A stretch of DNA of 64,000 bases, from the sequence record NC_055709.1, one strand, 5' to 3'. Shown here piece by piece: positions 9,111 to 19,494 of the stretch (its first letter is position 1; each line of letters begins with the position of its first letter). The translations under genes and the position numbers were made by a program. The notes beneath the pieces were generated by a model, which worked only from the letters and a program-made list of their open reading frames with translations, was not told where the DNA came from and made no database searches. The DNA is from Escherichia phage phiE142.

Positions 9111-10780
9111 TGATGAGTGATATCGCCACCGATTGGACGATAGGAAACACCAGTTTCTTTATCAGTTAGTACCCATTTACCAGGATTTTTTGTAATCAGA
9201 GTAGCCGTTACAGGTTCTGCTACGTCATAACTAATAGAGCCATCTTGAAGTACACGGCCCATGTTACGTAATTGCTTAGTCAGAAGTTCCATACCTTTAT
9301 AATATGCGGCCACCGCTTTAAGTGGATTATTCTTGAAATAACCACCTAATGCAATCCAGATAATTGCCACTGCCAAATGATGATACTCGTTAAACGAACT
9401 CATCTTTCCATATTTGTAAACTAATGGATTGATGTTAATAGTCACATTACAAGTTGTTTCATCAATAGTAAACTGGCCCCAGGTCGGATTAGCGTTGAAT
9501 TCATCATAACCTGAAACAGCATAAAGCACTTTAGCTTCATCATACAATTTTGGCCCGTAAATCTTGGTTTCGCCAAAATATCCACGAGGGTCGATAAACT
9601 TGACTTCGCCGTTATCAGTAATCATAGTATTACTGAAGTTCGGGTCACCGTGAATAACAGAGTACTGTCCCTGAGAACGGTTATGATAACGAATAAGATG
9701 TTCTAAAGCTTGTTTCAACATTGGCTTCAGACGTCCAATCTTAGTGTAGTTCACGTGTGTGATTTTACCAAATGAATCAATCAATGGCTGAATGCTTTCA
9801 CAACGATCAATAACTTTCGTATAGAACTCTTTAGTGAAATCACGACGAACAGTTTCAGGACTTACAAAATAAGTGTCTGTGCTGAATTTCAGTGCATCTA
9901 AAATTGCATCAACAATTTGTGGACGAGCAAGACTTGATTTGGATTTAATATATTCAAATGCCGGCTTACCTTTAATACGTTCCATTTCAAAATTATTTTC
10001 ATTTACCGAAACTAACTGAGGAACCGAATCTGATTTCACTTTCAAATACCATGAAATCTCATCTTTTTGAAGAGCTCGACCTTGTTCGGTTAACGCGAAT
10101 TTAGTTACAGTTTCTTCGCCAATTTCAACTGCATTAAAACTACGATTAAGTTCACGAACTTCATGAGCTTTTTCAAGTTTAGGCATATCACCTAAATCAA
10201 TTAGATTCATAAGCTCTGATTTATTGAATGCGCTGCTGTAAAGGAATTCTACGAAATCACGTCCTTTGCAGTATTCATGAATTTCCTCATCAGTAGAACC
10301 CATATAGAATTCCCAGTCTTTGAACTGATAAATTCCTACAACATTACCGCCTGTTGCACCTACATTAGTGATATTTTCACCGTCGAAATTATATCGACAT
10401 TCGTCACCCTTAACATAGATTGCGTTAACATTCCAAGACCATGAACCAAAATCAGGAATAATATCGCACCAGTTAACAACTACGTTATGCCTGTCTAAAT
10501 CTTTGTGTAATTTAGCAAGAGCATAAGCAGAACCATACGCTTCATCAACTGTACGAATAGTCACATTGAACCCTTCTTGCTCACAATAAGCTCGAACGGT
10601 TTCAGCAAATTTTGAATGAACTACTACAATAATTTCATCTGCGCCAAGGTCAGAATAAATTGTATACAAATTGCTCAGAATAGTGTCTTGTTTATAGTTA
10701 ACAAGCACCTTAGGAATATGATGCGTTATTGGATACAAACGAGTTGCCAGTCCAGCACCAAGAATAACAGCTTTTTTCAT
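9095..10780 (-). CDS. bifunctional sugar-1-phosphate nucleotidyltransferase (N-terminal) / APH-type anomeric sugar kinase (C-terminal)
   Basis: N-terminus ILGAGLATRL (G-x-G-T-R-L NTP-transferase motif); C-terminus HGDPNFSN...IDPRGYFGE kinase loops. Confidence 0.7.
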   Translation of the reverse strand: MKKAVILGAGLATRLYPITHHIPKVLVNYKQDTILSNLYTIYSDLGADEIIVVVHSKFAETVRAYCEQEGFNVTIRTVDEAYGSAYALAKLHKDLDRHNVVVNWCDIIPDFGSWSWNVNAIYVKGDECRYNFDGENITNVGATGGNVVGIYQFKDWEFYMGSTDEEIHEYCKGRDFVEFLYSSAFNKSELMNLIDLGDMPKLEKAHEVRELNRSFNAVEIGEETVTKFALTEQGRALQKDEISWYLKVKSDSVPQLVSVNENNFEMERIKGKPAFEYIKSKSSLARPQIVDAILDALKFSTDTYFVSPETVRRDFTKEFYTKVIDRCESIQPLIDSFGKITHVNYTKIGRLKPMLKQALEHLIRYHNRSQGQYSVIHGDPNFSNTMITDNGEVKFIDPRGYFGETKIYGPKLYDEAKVLYAVSGYDEFNANPTWGQFTIDETTCNVTININPLVYKYGKMSSFNEYHHLAVAIIWIALGGYFKNNPLKAVAAYYKGMELLTKQLRNMGRVLQDGSISYDVAEPVTATLITKNPGKWVLTDKETGVSYRPIGGDITHQWERI

Positions 10781-10821
10781 GTTGTGGTCCTCATTGGTAA
10801 GTAGGAGTATTGTACACTATT

Positions 10822-10965
10822 CTAGTTAAAGCATTCATACTTTGCTTGTAGTCCAATCATAATCCATCCAATTACAAGTGTTGGAATCATTACCGGAGCC
10901 GTTAAGCTCCAGTAGATAGTCATGACAAGCATCAATAGTAAAAGTCCTATTGTTATTGCTTTCAT
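10822..10965 (-). CDS. small hydrophobic membrane peptide, 47 aa, translationally coupled (ATGA overlap) to upstream SIS gene
   Basis: manual translation MKAITIGLLLLMLVM...; below track threshold. Confidence 0.35.
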   Translation of the reverse strand: MKAITIGLLLLMLVMTIYWSLTAPVMIPTLVIGWIMIGLQAKYECFN

Positions 10966-11597
10966 TGTTCGCCTCGTAACATGGCACCTAGTGCACCGCC
11001 TGGATGGAACTTAAGGAAATCATTAGAGGTAAATCCACGTTCAGACGAAAGGTTGATAGCAAACGTATCGATAAGCGCTAACAACAATGTAGTGGACATT
11101 GTCGGAGCTAAAGAGTTCTCGTCAACTTCTACCGCGATACCAGTACAGAACGTATAATCAAAAAGAGCTTCGTATTCTTGTGGAATGTCAGGGTTACAAT
11201 GTAACAGAATCTGTTTAACCTGAGGACGAATCATACGAAGATGTTTAGCAACACCTATCATTTCTTCAGTCTTACCAGAACGACTAATATGAATCAACAC
11301 ATCATTAGGCGCAATGAATCCTGCATCACCGTGAGAATAATGCCCAGTGTTCAAGTACATACTCGGGATACCGAGTGAAGCAAATGTCTCAGAAGCTTTA
11401 GTTGCGATATTAGCGTTCTTACCAACACCTGTAATAATTACACGACTTTCATAATTACTCAGTCCTGGGCGTCGAAGAGTTTCTAGAATAGCATTATAAC
11501 GAGCAGGGTTTTGACTAATTACTTTGGCCATAGCGGCCAAAGAAGAAGCTTGTTTTATGATTGCGTCAATAGCGATAGTAATAGGAGTAGTTTTCAT
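10962..11597 (-). CDS. SIS-domain sugar-phosphate isomerase, KdsD/arabinose-5-phosphate isomerase-like
   Basis: ITGVGKNANIATKASETFASLGIP...SHGDAG closely resembles the KdsD SIS core. Confidence 0.75.
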   Translation of the reverse strand: MKTTPITIAIDAIIKQASSLAAMAKVISQNPARYNAILETLRRPGLSNYESRVIITGVGKNANIATKASETFASLGIPSMYLNTGHYSHGDAGFIAPNDVLIHISRSGKTEEMIGVAKHLRMIRPQVKQILLHCNPDIPQEYEALFDYTFCTGIAVEVDENSLAPTMSTTLLLALIDTFAINLSSERGFTSNDFLKFHPGGALGAMLRGEQ

Positions 11598-11637
11598 ATT
11601 TCTCTCATTTAATTAGTTTACCGTCCATGGCATTATA

Positions 11638-14349
11638 TCAAAAATCGAACATATCGAATAGAGATGCTTTCTTCTCGTAATCGAGTTTCGCTGCTGATGT
11701 GAATCCTTCAAGTGGTTTAATAAATGTCTTCTCAAGGAGAACAGTGTAGTCCATCCAATGAAGTACGTCGTCTTTAATTAAATCTGTGATTTCAGTACCA
11801 GAAGGCCATGCGATACATTTATCACCGAATGGGTTTCCTTCACGTAAAGGCAGAACATATACTTTTTCACCTTCTACAACTTGTGGAGCATCAATATTAC
11901 CTTTGATAGCCCGGTTATACGTCAGAATTCCACGAATATGGAACGGACATTTGGGACCAGGGAATCCACCTACATCATATTTAGCAATGTTATTCGCAGA
12001 AGATACCGACGCGATGCTAATATAATTCAATTGACGGAATTCTTTTTCAAACTCTTTAAAATATTCTTGTAATGATTCTTCACCTTCTTGAAGCATACGA
12101 CGAATACATTCTTTAAGAGCTTTCTGTACCGCTTTAGGAGTTGAAGATTTCTGTGTTTCGAGACCCATGATTTTGAGTTTAGGCTCAGCGTAACGAGTAC
12201 CTTCCATATCCCACACGTTTAATGCATAACGTTTCTTACCAGTCCAGAATCCGCCAATACCTTTAGAACCAAGCGGAGGACCAGCGATAGCTTCTCGGTC
12301 CATGAACATTAAGTGTTGTTTATTGTTCATGTATTCACACATTTCACGGAAACCTTTATCAATAGCTGGTTCCATACGTTCACGTGCGAACTTATCTAAG
12401 AAGTCTACCCAATGGTTGGTATCACGGAATTTAGATTCACCAACCTTATCGATAATTTTATCAGCAGATACGTAAATAGAGTCTGTATCACCATAAAGAA
12501 CGAAAGCTTCACCTTCTGTACCACAAACTTCATTCAGATATTCATTAACTTTACGTTCAATCCACTGTAAAGCCATTTGCCCGAATGTTGTGATTGCAGT
12601 AGCATTACGCAAATCGTAATAACGGAACCATACGTTACCAAGTGCACCATAAAGCGAGTTGATAAGCAATTTACGGTTAATTTGTGCAGTCATACCTGCA
12701 ACTTCAGTACGTTGAGCTCTAAACAACATTTCATTAAGAGATTTAGCAGACAACTTTTTAATCTTTTCTTTAATCTCATCGCTGAAGTCGAAACGATAAT
12801 CAACATCTAATGGTTCGTCAACAGAAAGATTAGGATTATGCAATGCCTCTTTAATTATTTCACCATTACGTTGAGCTGCAAGCATGTAACCTTTATGTTC
12901 TTTACGCTGATTAAAGACCTTAGTGATTTCAGTTGGAACTACACCGTCACGGTCTTTATAATACATCATGCCGTTAGGAGAGCAACTGTACACATCTGAA
13001 GGACGTTCAGCGATTGCGTTAATATAATCATGCAGTGGAGCTACTTTAAACGTTCCTGCTATTGTTTCCGGGCTAATATTCACTTGGCGAATAATACTTG
13101 GATACAGAGACGTAAGGTCGAAACTCATTACATATTTGTATCGATTTGGAATAGGTTCCTTAACAAAAGCGCCAGGATAAGGTTGAACCGGGTGAGAACG
13201 ACCTTGTGGAATCACCTTGTTTTGTTCTTTAAGGCTATTAAAAATAATAGCATCCCAAGTTTTAATTGGACTGAACACAGATTGAATCTGAATTTTAGCA
13301 TAATAACCCATGTCCAAGCTCAAGTTGATGAACTGACGCTTAGAATCAATTTGCAATACACGATACACGTCGATAATGTTATAAGAAATATATCGTTGGT
13401 GATTGCTTTCACGAAGCTTAGAAATAGGGCCGTCATATTTCAGTTTACCAATGTTCAATTCAAATTCTGAAATGTAATCCAGAGAATACGACGGTTGATT
13501 GGTAAAAGAGAATTTTTTGTAAAGGTCAATGTAATCAAGAACAGAGATACCGAACAATGTAATGATTTCACGAGAACCATACATGTTTTCGATAACTTTA
13601 ACACGAGTTTTACGATGTGGTGATAAACGTTTCGCAGTAGATTCGCCAAAAATATTCTTGATTCGGTTATACACATATGGAATATCAAATGACTCAACGT
13701 TCCATCCAGTCAAAATGACAGGAGTTTTCTGTTGCCAGAAGTTGAGATATTCCATCAACAATTCTTTTTCGTTATCGAACGGCATATAAATGATTTTATC
13801 GATAATTTCGGACGGAACTTCATCACCACCTTGTTCTTGAAGCTTAGCAGCGATTTCAATAGACCATTCTTCCACATTACCATATGGAGAATTCAATAGA
13901 TCAAATACGTAGAACCTGTCGTCAATTGAGTCATAATGGGTGATAGCATCAATCGGATGTTTTGCTTGTGACGGCTCAGGGAATCCATCCGGAGATGTTA
14001 CTTCGATGTCGAAGTTAGCCACACGAATTTTTGTATGGTCGTATTTGATTTCATAGTTATAAGTGTCAGACAAATACGCCAATTTGAAATCGTCCATGCC
14101 AAGTGCTTCAAGACCGATATCTTCCATGCGTTTAATCCATTGAGACGCATCACGCATATTAGCGAACAACTTACGAGTACACGGCTTACCGTAGATATCG
14201 AAATATTTCGTAGCCTGACTTTCTGGACAATGAGCAAACAGTGATGGTTTATATTCTACTTCACGAGTACGTTCACGGCCATTAGAATCGATGTAACGTT
14301 CAAAAATTGAATCACCAATCTGTTCAACCGTTAAGTAAAATTCTTTCAT
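11638..14349 (-). CDS. 43: gp43 DNA polymerase (family B), RB69-type
   Basis: 903 aa; N-terminus MKEFYLTVEQIGDSIFERYIDSNGRERTREVEY matches recalled RB69 gp43; exonuclease and polymerase motifs. Confidence 0.97.
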   Translation of the reverse strand: MKEFYLTVEQIGDSIFERYIDSNGRERTREVEYKPSLFAHCPESQATKYFDIYGKPCTRKLFANMRDASQWIKRMEDIGLEALGMDDFKLAYLSDTYNYEIKYDHTKIRVANFDIEVTSPDGFPEPSQAKHPIDAITHYDSIDDRFYVFDLLNSPYGNVEEWSIEIAAKLQEQGGDEVPSEIIDKIIYMPFDNEKELLMEYLNFWQQKTPVILTGWNVESFDIPYVYNRIKNIFGESTAKRLSPHRKTRVKVIENMYGSREIITLFGISVLDYIDLYKKFSFTNQPSYSLDYISEFELNIGKLKYDGPISKLRESNHQRYISYNIIDVYRVLQIDSKRQFINLSLDMGYYAKIQIQSVFSPIKTWDAIIFNSLKEQNKVIPQGRSHPVQPYPGAFVKEPIPNRYKYVMSFDLTSLYPSIIRQVNISPETIAGTFKVAPLHDYINAIAERPSDVYSCSPNGMMYYKDRDGVVPTEITKVFNQRKEHKGYMLAAQRNGEIIKEALHNPNLSVDEPLDVDYRFDFSDEIKEKIKKLSAKSLNEMLFRAQRTEVAGMTAQINRKLLINSLYGALGNVWFRYYDLRNATAITTFGQMALQWIERKVNEYLNEVCGTEGEAFVLYGDTDSIYVSADKIIDKVGESKFRDTNHWVDFLDKFARERMEPAIDKGFREMCEYMNNKQHLMFMDREAIAGPPLGSKGIGGFWTGKKRYALNVWDMEGTRYAEPKLKIMGLETQKSSTPKAVQKALKECIRRMLQEGEESLQEYFKEFEKEFRQLNYISIASVSSANNIAKYDVGGFPGPKCPFHIRGILTYNRAIKGNIDAPQVVEGEKVYVLPLREGNPFGDKCIAWPSGTEITDLIKDDVLHWMDYTVLLEKTFIKPLEGFTSAAKLDYEKKASLFDMFDF

Positions 14350-14407
14350 TTAATTTCCTTTAGACGAGTTATTGTCTTTTGTTTGTTGATGAACTTATTA
14401 TACTCCA

Positions 14408-14427
14408 AATGGGACCGAAGTCCCATT
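14408..14427 (-). promoter_or_regulatory. 8-bp stem hairpin (AATGGGAC-CGAA-GTCCCATT) between regA and gene 43, followed by TATAAT; terminator/RNA-stability or operator element
   Basis: perfect palindrome 58 nt upstream of gene 43 start. Confidence 0.45.
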
Positions 14428-14430
14428 GCT

Positions 14431-14799
14431 TTAATTACCAATTGTATATTTTGCTTTCAAAGTCCAGTCATCTTTCTGTTTAAAAGAGATAACTCGGAAG
14501 TTATTAGTCAGGCTAAATAGATCTTCACGAGCAGAGTCTTCAATAACAATCAATCCCCAGTCTTCAAGCAACTGAGCAATCGAATCGCGTCGTTGATAGT
14601 CTTCACCATCAATATCAACCTGACGTCCGTCCATACGCAACATTTCTTTAAAGTGGACGATGTAATATTTACCTTGCTTTTGGAGGATATGACAGGACTG
14701 ATAAAGAACTTTATCTTTGTTATTAGCGATGCCCATACGGGTCAAAGTCTCTTTGACTTTCAGAAAATCTTCAGGGTTCTTCAATTTAATTTCAATCAT
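14431..14799 (-). CDS. regA: RegA translational repressor
   Basis: MIEIKLKNPEDFLKVKETLTRMGIANNKDKVLYQSCHILQK as in T4 RegA; start trimmed to M4. Confidence 0.9.
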   Translation of the reverse strand: MIEIKLKNPEDFLKVKETLTRMGIANNKDKVLYQSCHILQKQGKYYIVHFKEMLRMDGRQVDIDGEDYQRRDSIAQLLEDWGLIVIEDSAREDLFSLTNNFRVISFKQKDDWTLKAKYTIGN

Positions 14800-14801
14800 T
14801 T

Positions 14802-15365
14802 TTACCATTCCAATGCTAATTTTTTAAATTGTTTTTGTTCTTTTACGTTTTTAGTAACTTCTTTGAGAAATTCATCAGTGACCATGGCCTTCAGTTCTTT
14901 AAGGACTATTGGCAACTTGTTATTTTTTTCAAGGAGCCGCTTATACTCGGTAGCATCATTCATGTTGATTGTGTAATGTTTCATCAACAGTTTGATAACT
15001 AGTAACTCTGAAGTGTCTTCGACTAGTTTAGCCCATTTAGAGAATCGACGACCACGTGGAATTGCCGCCATCATATAGTTGAAGTGCGCTTCATCACTTA
15101 ATTCAGAACCGACCAAGTTCATCATGTAAACGGCTGGCATACATTCTGGAAACTGGGATAATGAGTTCTCAACCATAAATTTTGAGTAGTCTACCTGAGC
15201 AATTGACATAGATTTCTTTTCATTAATAGCATTAATGATTTTAAAGAATTCGTTCTCAGGTTTTTCTTTAAACATATCAGCACATTTTTGAATCGCATCA
15301 GCGTCATTAGACTTCCATGCAATTTGGTGCTCGTTAAGCTGGACGTCATCATCGAATAAGTTCAT
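14802..15365 (-). CDS. 62: gp62 clamp-loader small subunit
   Basis: 187 aa, position between regA and 44. Confidence 0.85.
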   Translation of the reverse strand: MNLFDDDVQLNEHQIAWKSNDADAIQKCADMFKEKPENEFFKIINAINEKKSMSIAQVDYSKFMVENSLSQFPECMPAVYMMNLVGSELSDEAHFNYMMAAIPRGRRFSKWAKLVEDTSELLVIKLLMKHYTINMNDATEYKRLLEKNNKLPIVLKELKAMVTDEFLKEVTKNVKEQKQFKKLALEW

Positions 15366-15366
15366 A

Positions 15367-16329
15367 TTATTTCCAAGTCAGTTCGCAGGTCAGTTGAAGA
15401 AGCATATACATAACATGTAATTCAATATTACTTGCTAGTCCATGAAACTTATTATTTTCGCCTGCAATTTCGTAAAGCGAAATAATACTTTTACCAGGTG
15501 CAACTTGGTCATAACATTCTGAAACTAATTTATCGATGAACCACGAATAATCTGCAGCATATTTTGGAGCTAATGCACGAAGCTGTTTGATATCTTTGTT
15601 CTTCATTGCTTCGATAACATCAGAGACTGTGCCACGGTCATTAATTACGATAGACAGAATACCTGCATCAAGAACACCTTTAGACGAGTACTGGTCTAAT
15701 TGACCAATTGTACGACGAAAGTCTGGGAAGTTCTTTTTAACCAGAGCTGCAACAACTTTCATATCAGCGATTTCGATATTTTCGTTCTTACAGATTTCAA
15801 CCATACGATGAATCATTTTCTTCATCATCGAGATTTTATCTTCTTCAGTCGGACGACCGAATTCGATAACTCGACAACGACTACGTAATGGTTCAATAAT
15901 TCCATCAATATTGTTAGCAGTGATAATAATAGAGCAGTTACTAGAGAATTCTTCCATAAACGTACGAAGGTGACGTTGTGATTCGGCGAGGCCACTACGG
16001 TCAAATTCATCAATAACAATAACTTTAGGCTTGCCTTCCATTGAGACTGAACGAGCGAATGCAGTTAACGGACCACGCACAAAATCAATCTTACAATCAG
16101 AACCGTTGACGAACATCATTTCGGCATTGATATCATTACATAATGCTTTTGCTACGGTTGTTTTACCGGTACCAGGAGATGGAGAGTGTAAAATAATATG
16201 AGGAAGTTTTCCTTTAGATACTAAAGACTTGAATGTTTCATGGTCATACGCAGGCAGAATACATTCGTCAATGGAAGAAGGACGATATTTCTGTTCTAGA
16301 ATGTGTTCTTTGGAATTGATAGTAATCAT
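15367..16329 (-). CDS. 44: gp44 clamp-loader ATPase (AAA+)
   Basis: Walker [15 protein letters not shown] Walker B; 320 aa. Confidence 0.9.
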   Translation of the reverse strand: MITINSKEHILEQKYRPSSIDECILPAYDHETFKSLVSKGKLPHIILHSPSPGTGKTTVAKALCNDINAEMMFVNGSDCKIDFVRGPLTAFARSVSMEGKPKVIVIDEFDRSGLAESQRHLRTFMEEFSSNCSIIITANNIDGIIEPLRSRCRVIEFGRPTEEDKISMMKKMIHRMVEICKNENIEIADMKVVAALVKKNFPDFRRTIGQLDQYSSKGVLDAGILSIVINDRGTVSDVIEAMKNKDIKQLRALAPKYAADYSWFIDKLVSECYDQVAPGKSIISLYEIAGENNKFHGLASNIELHVMYMLLQLTCELTWK

Positions 16330-16355
16330 GTAATTTTCCTCATTATCATTAAACT

Positions 16356-16371
16356 GGAGGATTTCTCCTCC
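16356..16371 (-). promoter_or_regulatory. intercistronic hairpin GGAGGA-TTTC-TCCTCC between genes 45 and 44
   Basis: stem formed by SD-like sequence and its complement. Confidence 0.35.
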
Positions 16372-16404
16372 ATAATCGTATCACATTAAACGTAAATCTT
16401 TGAC

Positions 16405-17091
16405 TTAGAAGTCGTGAGTAGAATCGGCTTCCATTGCAATAACATAACTTACTTGAGAGCTTTCAAACTTAGCTGCAACTTTATCACCAGCTCCCCACAA
16501 CATTACTTTATAGTTACCTGGCTGGATTTTCATATTAGCCATATTGATTACGAAGTTAAAGTTGTTAGAACCATCATAATCGGTAAGAGTCAAAGAATAC
16601 TTAGGACGAGTTAGACCGGAATCTTCAACTTTATTATAGCCATTGATAACAATTTTACCATCTTTATTTGTAATAGCAATTGTATCAATCTGGAGACCAC
16701 GTGAAACTCGAAGCAATTGTTGAAGGTCTTCAGCTTTAATTTCAGTAATCACAGAAGCCACTGGGAATTGAATTGGCTTATTAGGAAAAACAATGGTGCT
16801 CTTGTCGGCAGCAGGCCAATAAACTGTGGAACGTGTATCTGCAATTTTAATATTGCCATCAGTGTGCATTGAAATTTCAGCATCATCAGACACTAGACTC
16901 AAAATGCTTAAGAAGCTATTCAAATCATAAAGTGCTACGTCAAAATCAATTTCATCAGAGATATTTGCTTCCGCATAAGTGGTGCCATTAACTGCACGAG
17001 TCATAATAAATTTACCTTGACTCAGCAGAATGCCTGAGTTAATAGAGGCAAAGTTTTTCAGAATAGCGATAGTATCTTTAGACAGTTTCAT
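16405..17091 (-). CDS. 45: gp45 sliding clamp
   Basis: MKLSKDTIAILKNFASINSGI as in T4 gp45; track TTG extension trimmed to ATG. Confidence 0.9.
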   Translation of the reverse strand: MKLSKDTIAILKNFASINSGILLSQGKFIMTRAVNGTTYAEANISDEIDFDVALYDLNSFLSILSLVSDDAEISMHTDGNIKIADTRSTVYWPAADKSTIVFPNKPIQFPVASVITEIKAEDLQQLLRVSRGLQIDTIAITNKDGKIVINGYNKVEDSGLTRPKYSLTLTDYDGSNNFNFVINMANMKIQPGNYKVMLWGAGDKVAAKFESSQVSYVIAMEADSTHDF

Positions 17092-17133
17092 TTTATTTCC
17101 TTTCAAGACAATTCAAAGTTTATAACAAATTTA

Positions 17134-17550
17134 TTATGCAGCAACCATCTGCTTTTTAATAGCTTCAGGCAGTGATTCAATATATTCTGGAATTTTAGAA
17201 GCAACAATTTCGCCGGCTGCAATTAGCTGTTCGTCGGCATCAACACAGTAGAAATCTTCCAGACGCTCAGAACCATCTTTATCAAGAACGATTTTTCCAC
17301 CAGCTTCAATAGAATCTTTATAGTGCTTACGCATCAGATGAATCCACATATCAGATACATCGTTATCAATAAAACCATAAATCATAAAACGAGTTTCTTG
17401 TGGCAAAGATTGAAGCTTTTTAGCACTTGCGTCATCACAATGCAGGACCCATGCTTTACGAACACGATTATGGTTATGCGGGTTAGCGTCAGTACGGATA
17501 GAAGTAACTTTCAGATCAGCAGCAGTAAAACCTTTAGCAGTGGTAAACAT
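17134..17550 (-). CDS. rpbA: RpbA RNA polymerase-binding protein
   Basis: position after gene 45; 138 aa. Confidence 0.65.
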   Translation of the reverse strand: MFTTAKGFTAADLKVTSIRTDANPHNHNRVRKAWVLHCDDASAKKLQSLPQETRFMIYGFIDNDVSDMWIHLMRKHYKDSIEAGGKIVLDKDGSERLEDFYCVDADEQLIAAGEIVASKIPEYIESLPEAIKKQMVAA

Positions 17551-17562
17551 ATTATTTCTCTC

Positions 17563-17763
17563 TTATTCGTAGAAGTCGGTAACTGTCCATGCGGAATTGC
17601 GATTAGACATTATTTTATTATACTCATCTTTAAAAGCAGATTTGAGCATTTGTTCAGTAACAATATGTTCTTCACCTGAAAACGTATTGGTCAAAACATA
17701 TTTTTTAATTTCAGGGACAACGAGAAGATGTTGTCCGGTTGAATACTCCATGTTGTTCTCCAT
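17563..17763 (-). CDS. hypothetical protein (45.2-like position)
   Basis: track ORF, ATG verified. Confidence 0.4.
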   Translation of the reverse strand: MENNMEYSTGQHLLVVPEIKKYVLTNTFSGEEHIVTEQMLKSAFKDEYNKIMSNRNSAWTVTDFYE

Positions 17764-17805
17764 TTAATTTGATGTGGTCATTATAACCACATCATGTTAA
17801 AGCGT

Positions 17806-19494
17806 TTATGAAACAGTCATCACAGTAAATCGTCCAACTTTGCTCATTTGAAGATGTTGTCCATAACGTTGAGGGTCATGGTCTCGATGAGAGATAATGA
17901 ACACATTAGTATTTTGTAAACTTCCAAGAATGGTATCTATAGCCTTAACAGCTTCAGAATCAACTGCCCCATCAAAAACCTCATCAAGAATCAACGTGTT
18001 GATTTTAACACCAGAAACTTTTTCAGCAATATCTCGCCATGTAAACAACAATGCGATATCGATACGTGCCTTTTCACCTTGACTAAATGAAGCATAACTA
18101 AAATCTTCACGGCCACGTGATTTTATAGATTCATTGAATTCTTCGTCAATAGAAAACACGTAATCAGCTTCCATGATTTTAAGATAATGGTTAATCTGCT
18201 TGTTGAACAGAGGCACATATTTTTTAATGATAGCACCTTTAATACCAGAATCTTTTAACATATCTGTGATAATACCACGATGGTATTTTTCAAGAACAAT
18301 ATCCGATTTTGTTTTAATGATTTTATCAAGTTCTTTTTGAAGCAAAGCTATCTCATCGGCATGGTCGATAAATTCTGCTGAGGCTTGCTCTATTGCAGCT
18401 TTAACTTTCTTAGCTTTATCAATAGTGGCAATCATTGCTTGTTTCTTGGTACGAATATCAGATGCAAGGTCCTGTTTAGTCTTAACATTAGCTCTATATT
18501 CGTCCACTAGGACACTCAGATTATCTCTGTGGCAGGTAAGTTGCTCGAATGAGTGATTACATTCATGAAGCTTATCGGTAATCTTAGAGACAATAGGATC
18601 ACCCTGGTGCAACTGTGATGCGCAAGTAGGACATGTACCGCCATCATGATACATCTTAATAACTTTGTTGTATGAGTCAATTTTAGATTTAATCAAGAAT
18701 GCTTCTTGTCCTATCTTGTTGAATGCCTCAGTAGGGTCTTCATCAAGAACGATATTAAGTAGTCGCTCATTAGCTTCTTCGATCTCTGCTTTTAATGAAC
18801 GAGCTTCTTTGGCTAGGTCGTCATACATATTCTGTAGACGCGCTACATTATCACCAGATAATTTCTTTTGACGTTCGATATTCTCGTTATAAATCTTAAT
18901 TTGTTGGATAATACCATCTTTCTTGGCATCGAGAACTTGTCCCTGGGAATTAAGTTCTCGAACTTGAGACTTATTGATTTTATCCATTTCAGCGAGTGTG
19001 CCGACTTCTAAAAGGTCTTCGACAAGTTTTCTACGAGCAGGGGTGCTAAGAGCCATGAAAGGGGTATACCCTGCCGTCCCAAGCACAACGATCTGTTTAA
19101 AAGACGCGTATGACATTCCGATGCTACGTTCAAATTCTTCTTGGAAGTCACGACTGCTGGCAGATTCATCAAGACGAACACCGTCAACGGAGATTTCGAA
19201 AATATTGGGCTTTTGGCCACGTTTAATGAAGTATTTTTTATCATCGAATTCCATCCAAAGCTCAACTAAGAGCTCTTTCTTGTTCGTGCTATTAATGATT
19301 TGTCCTTTCTTAACATCACGAAATGGTTTACCGAAAAGTCCGAAAGTAATGGCTTCTAACATCGTAGATTTACCACCGCCATTTTTACCGGTGATTAATG
19401 TCTTTTGGACTTTATCTAATTGGATATCAATAGGATTCCCACCTACCGACATGATGTTTTGATAACGAACACGATTTAATTTAAATGATTTCAT
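17806..19494 (-). CDS. 46: gp46 recombination nuclease subunit (Rad50/SbcC-like ATPase)
   Basis: Walker A GKNGGGKST, coiled-coil middle, C-terminal signature/D-loop; 562 aa. Confidence 0.9.
   Translation of the reverse strand: MKSFKLNRVRYQNIMSVGGNPIDIQLDKVQKTLITGKNGGGKSTMLEAITFGLFGKPFRDVKKGQIINSTNKKELLVELWMEFDDKKYFIKRGQKPNIFEISVDGVRLDESASSRDFQEEFERSIGMSYASFKQIVVLGTAGYTPFMALSTPARRKLVEDLLEVGTLAEMDKINKSQVRELNSQGQVLDAKKDGIIQQIKIYNENIERQKKLSGDNVARLQNMYDDLAKEARSLKAEIEEANERLLNIVLDEDPTEAFNKIGQEAFLIKSKIDSYNKVIKMYHDGGTCPTCASQLHQGDPIVSKITDKLHECNHSFEQLTCHRDNLSVLVDEYRANVKTKQDLASDIRTKKQAMIATIDKAKKVKAAIEQASAEFIDHADEIALLQKELDKIIKTKSDIVLEKYHRGIITDMLKDSGIKGAIIKKYVPLFNKQINHYLKIMEADYVFSIDEEFNESIKSRGREDFSYASFSQGEKARIDIALLFTWRDIAEKVSGVKINTLILDEVFDGAVDSEAVKAIDTILGSLQNTNVFIISHRDHDPQRYGQHLQMSKVGRFTVMTVS

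Noticed and set aside
13030-13470. Plus-strand ORFs lying inside large minus-strand genes (for example 13030-13470 within gene 43, 3869-4234 within uvsX, 18974-19462 within gene 46, 35046-35402, 52257-52661)
   Set aside because: Antisense to well-supported conserved genes, low-complexity or Cys/Ser-rich translations, no ribosome-binding sites; typical six-frame artifacts in AT-rich DNA
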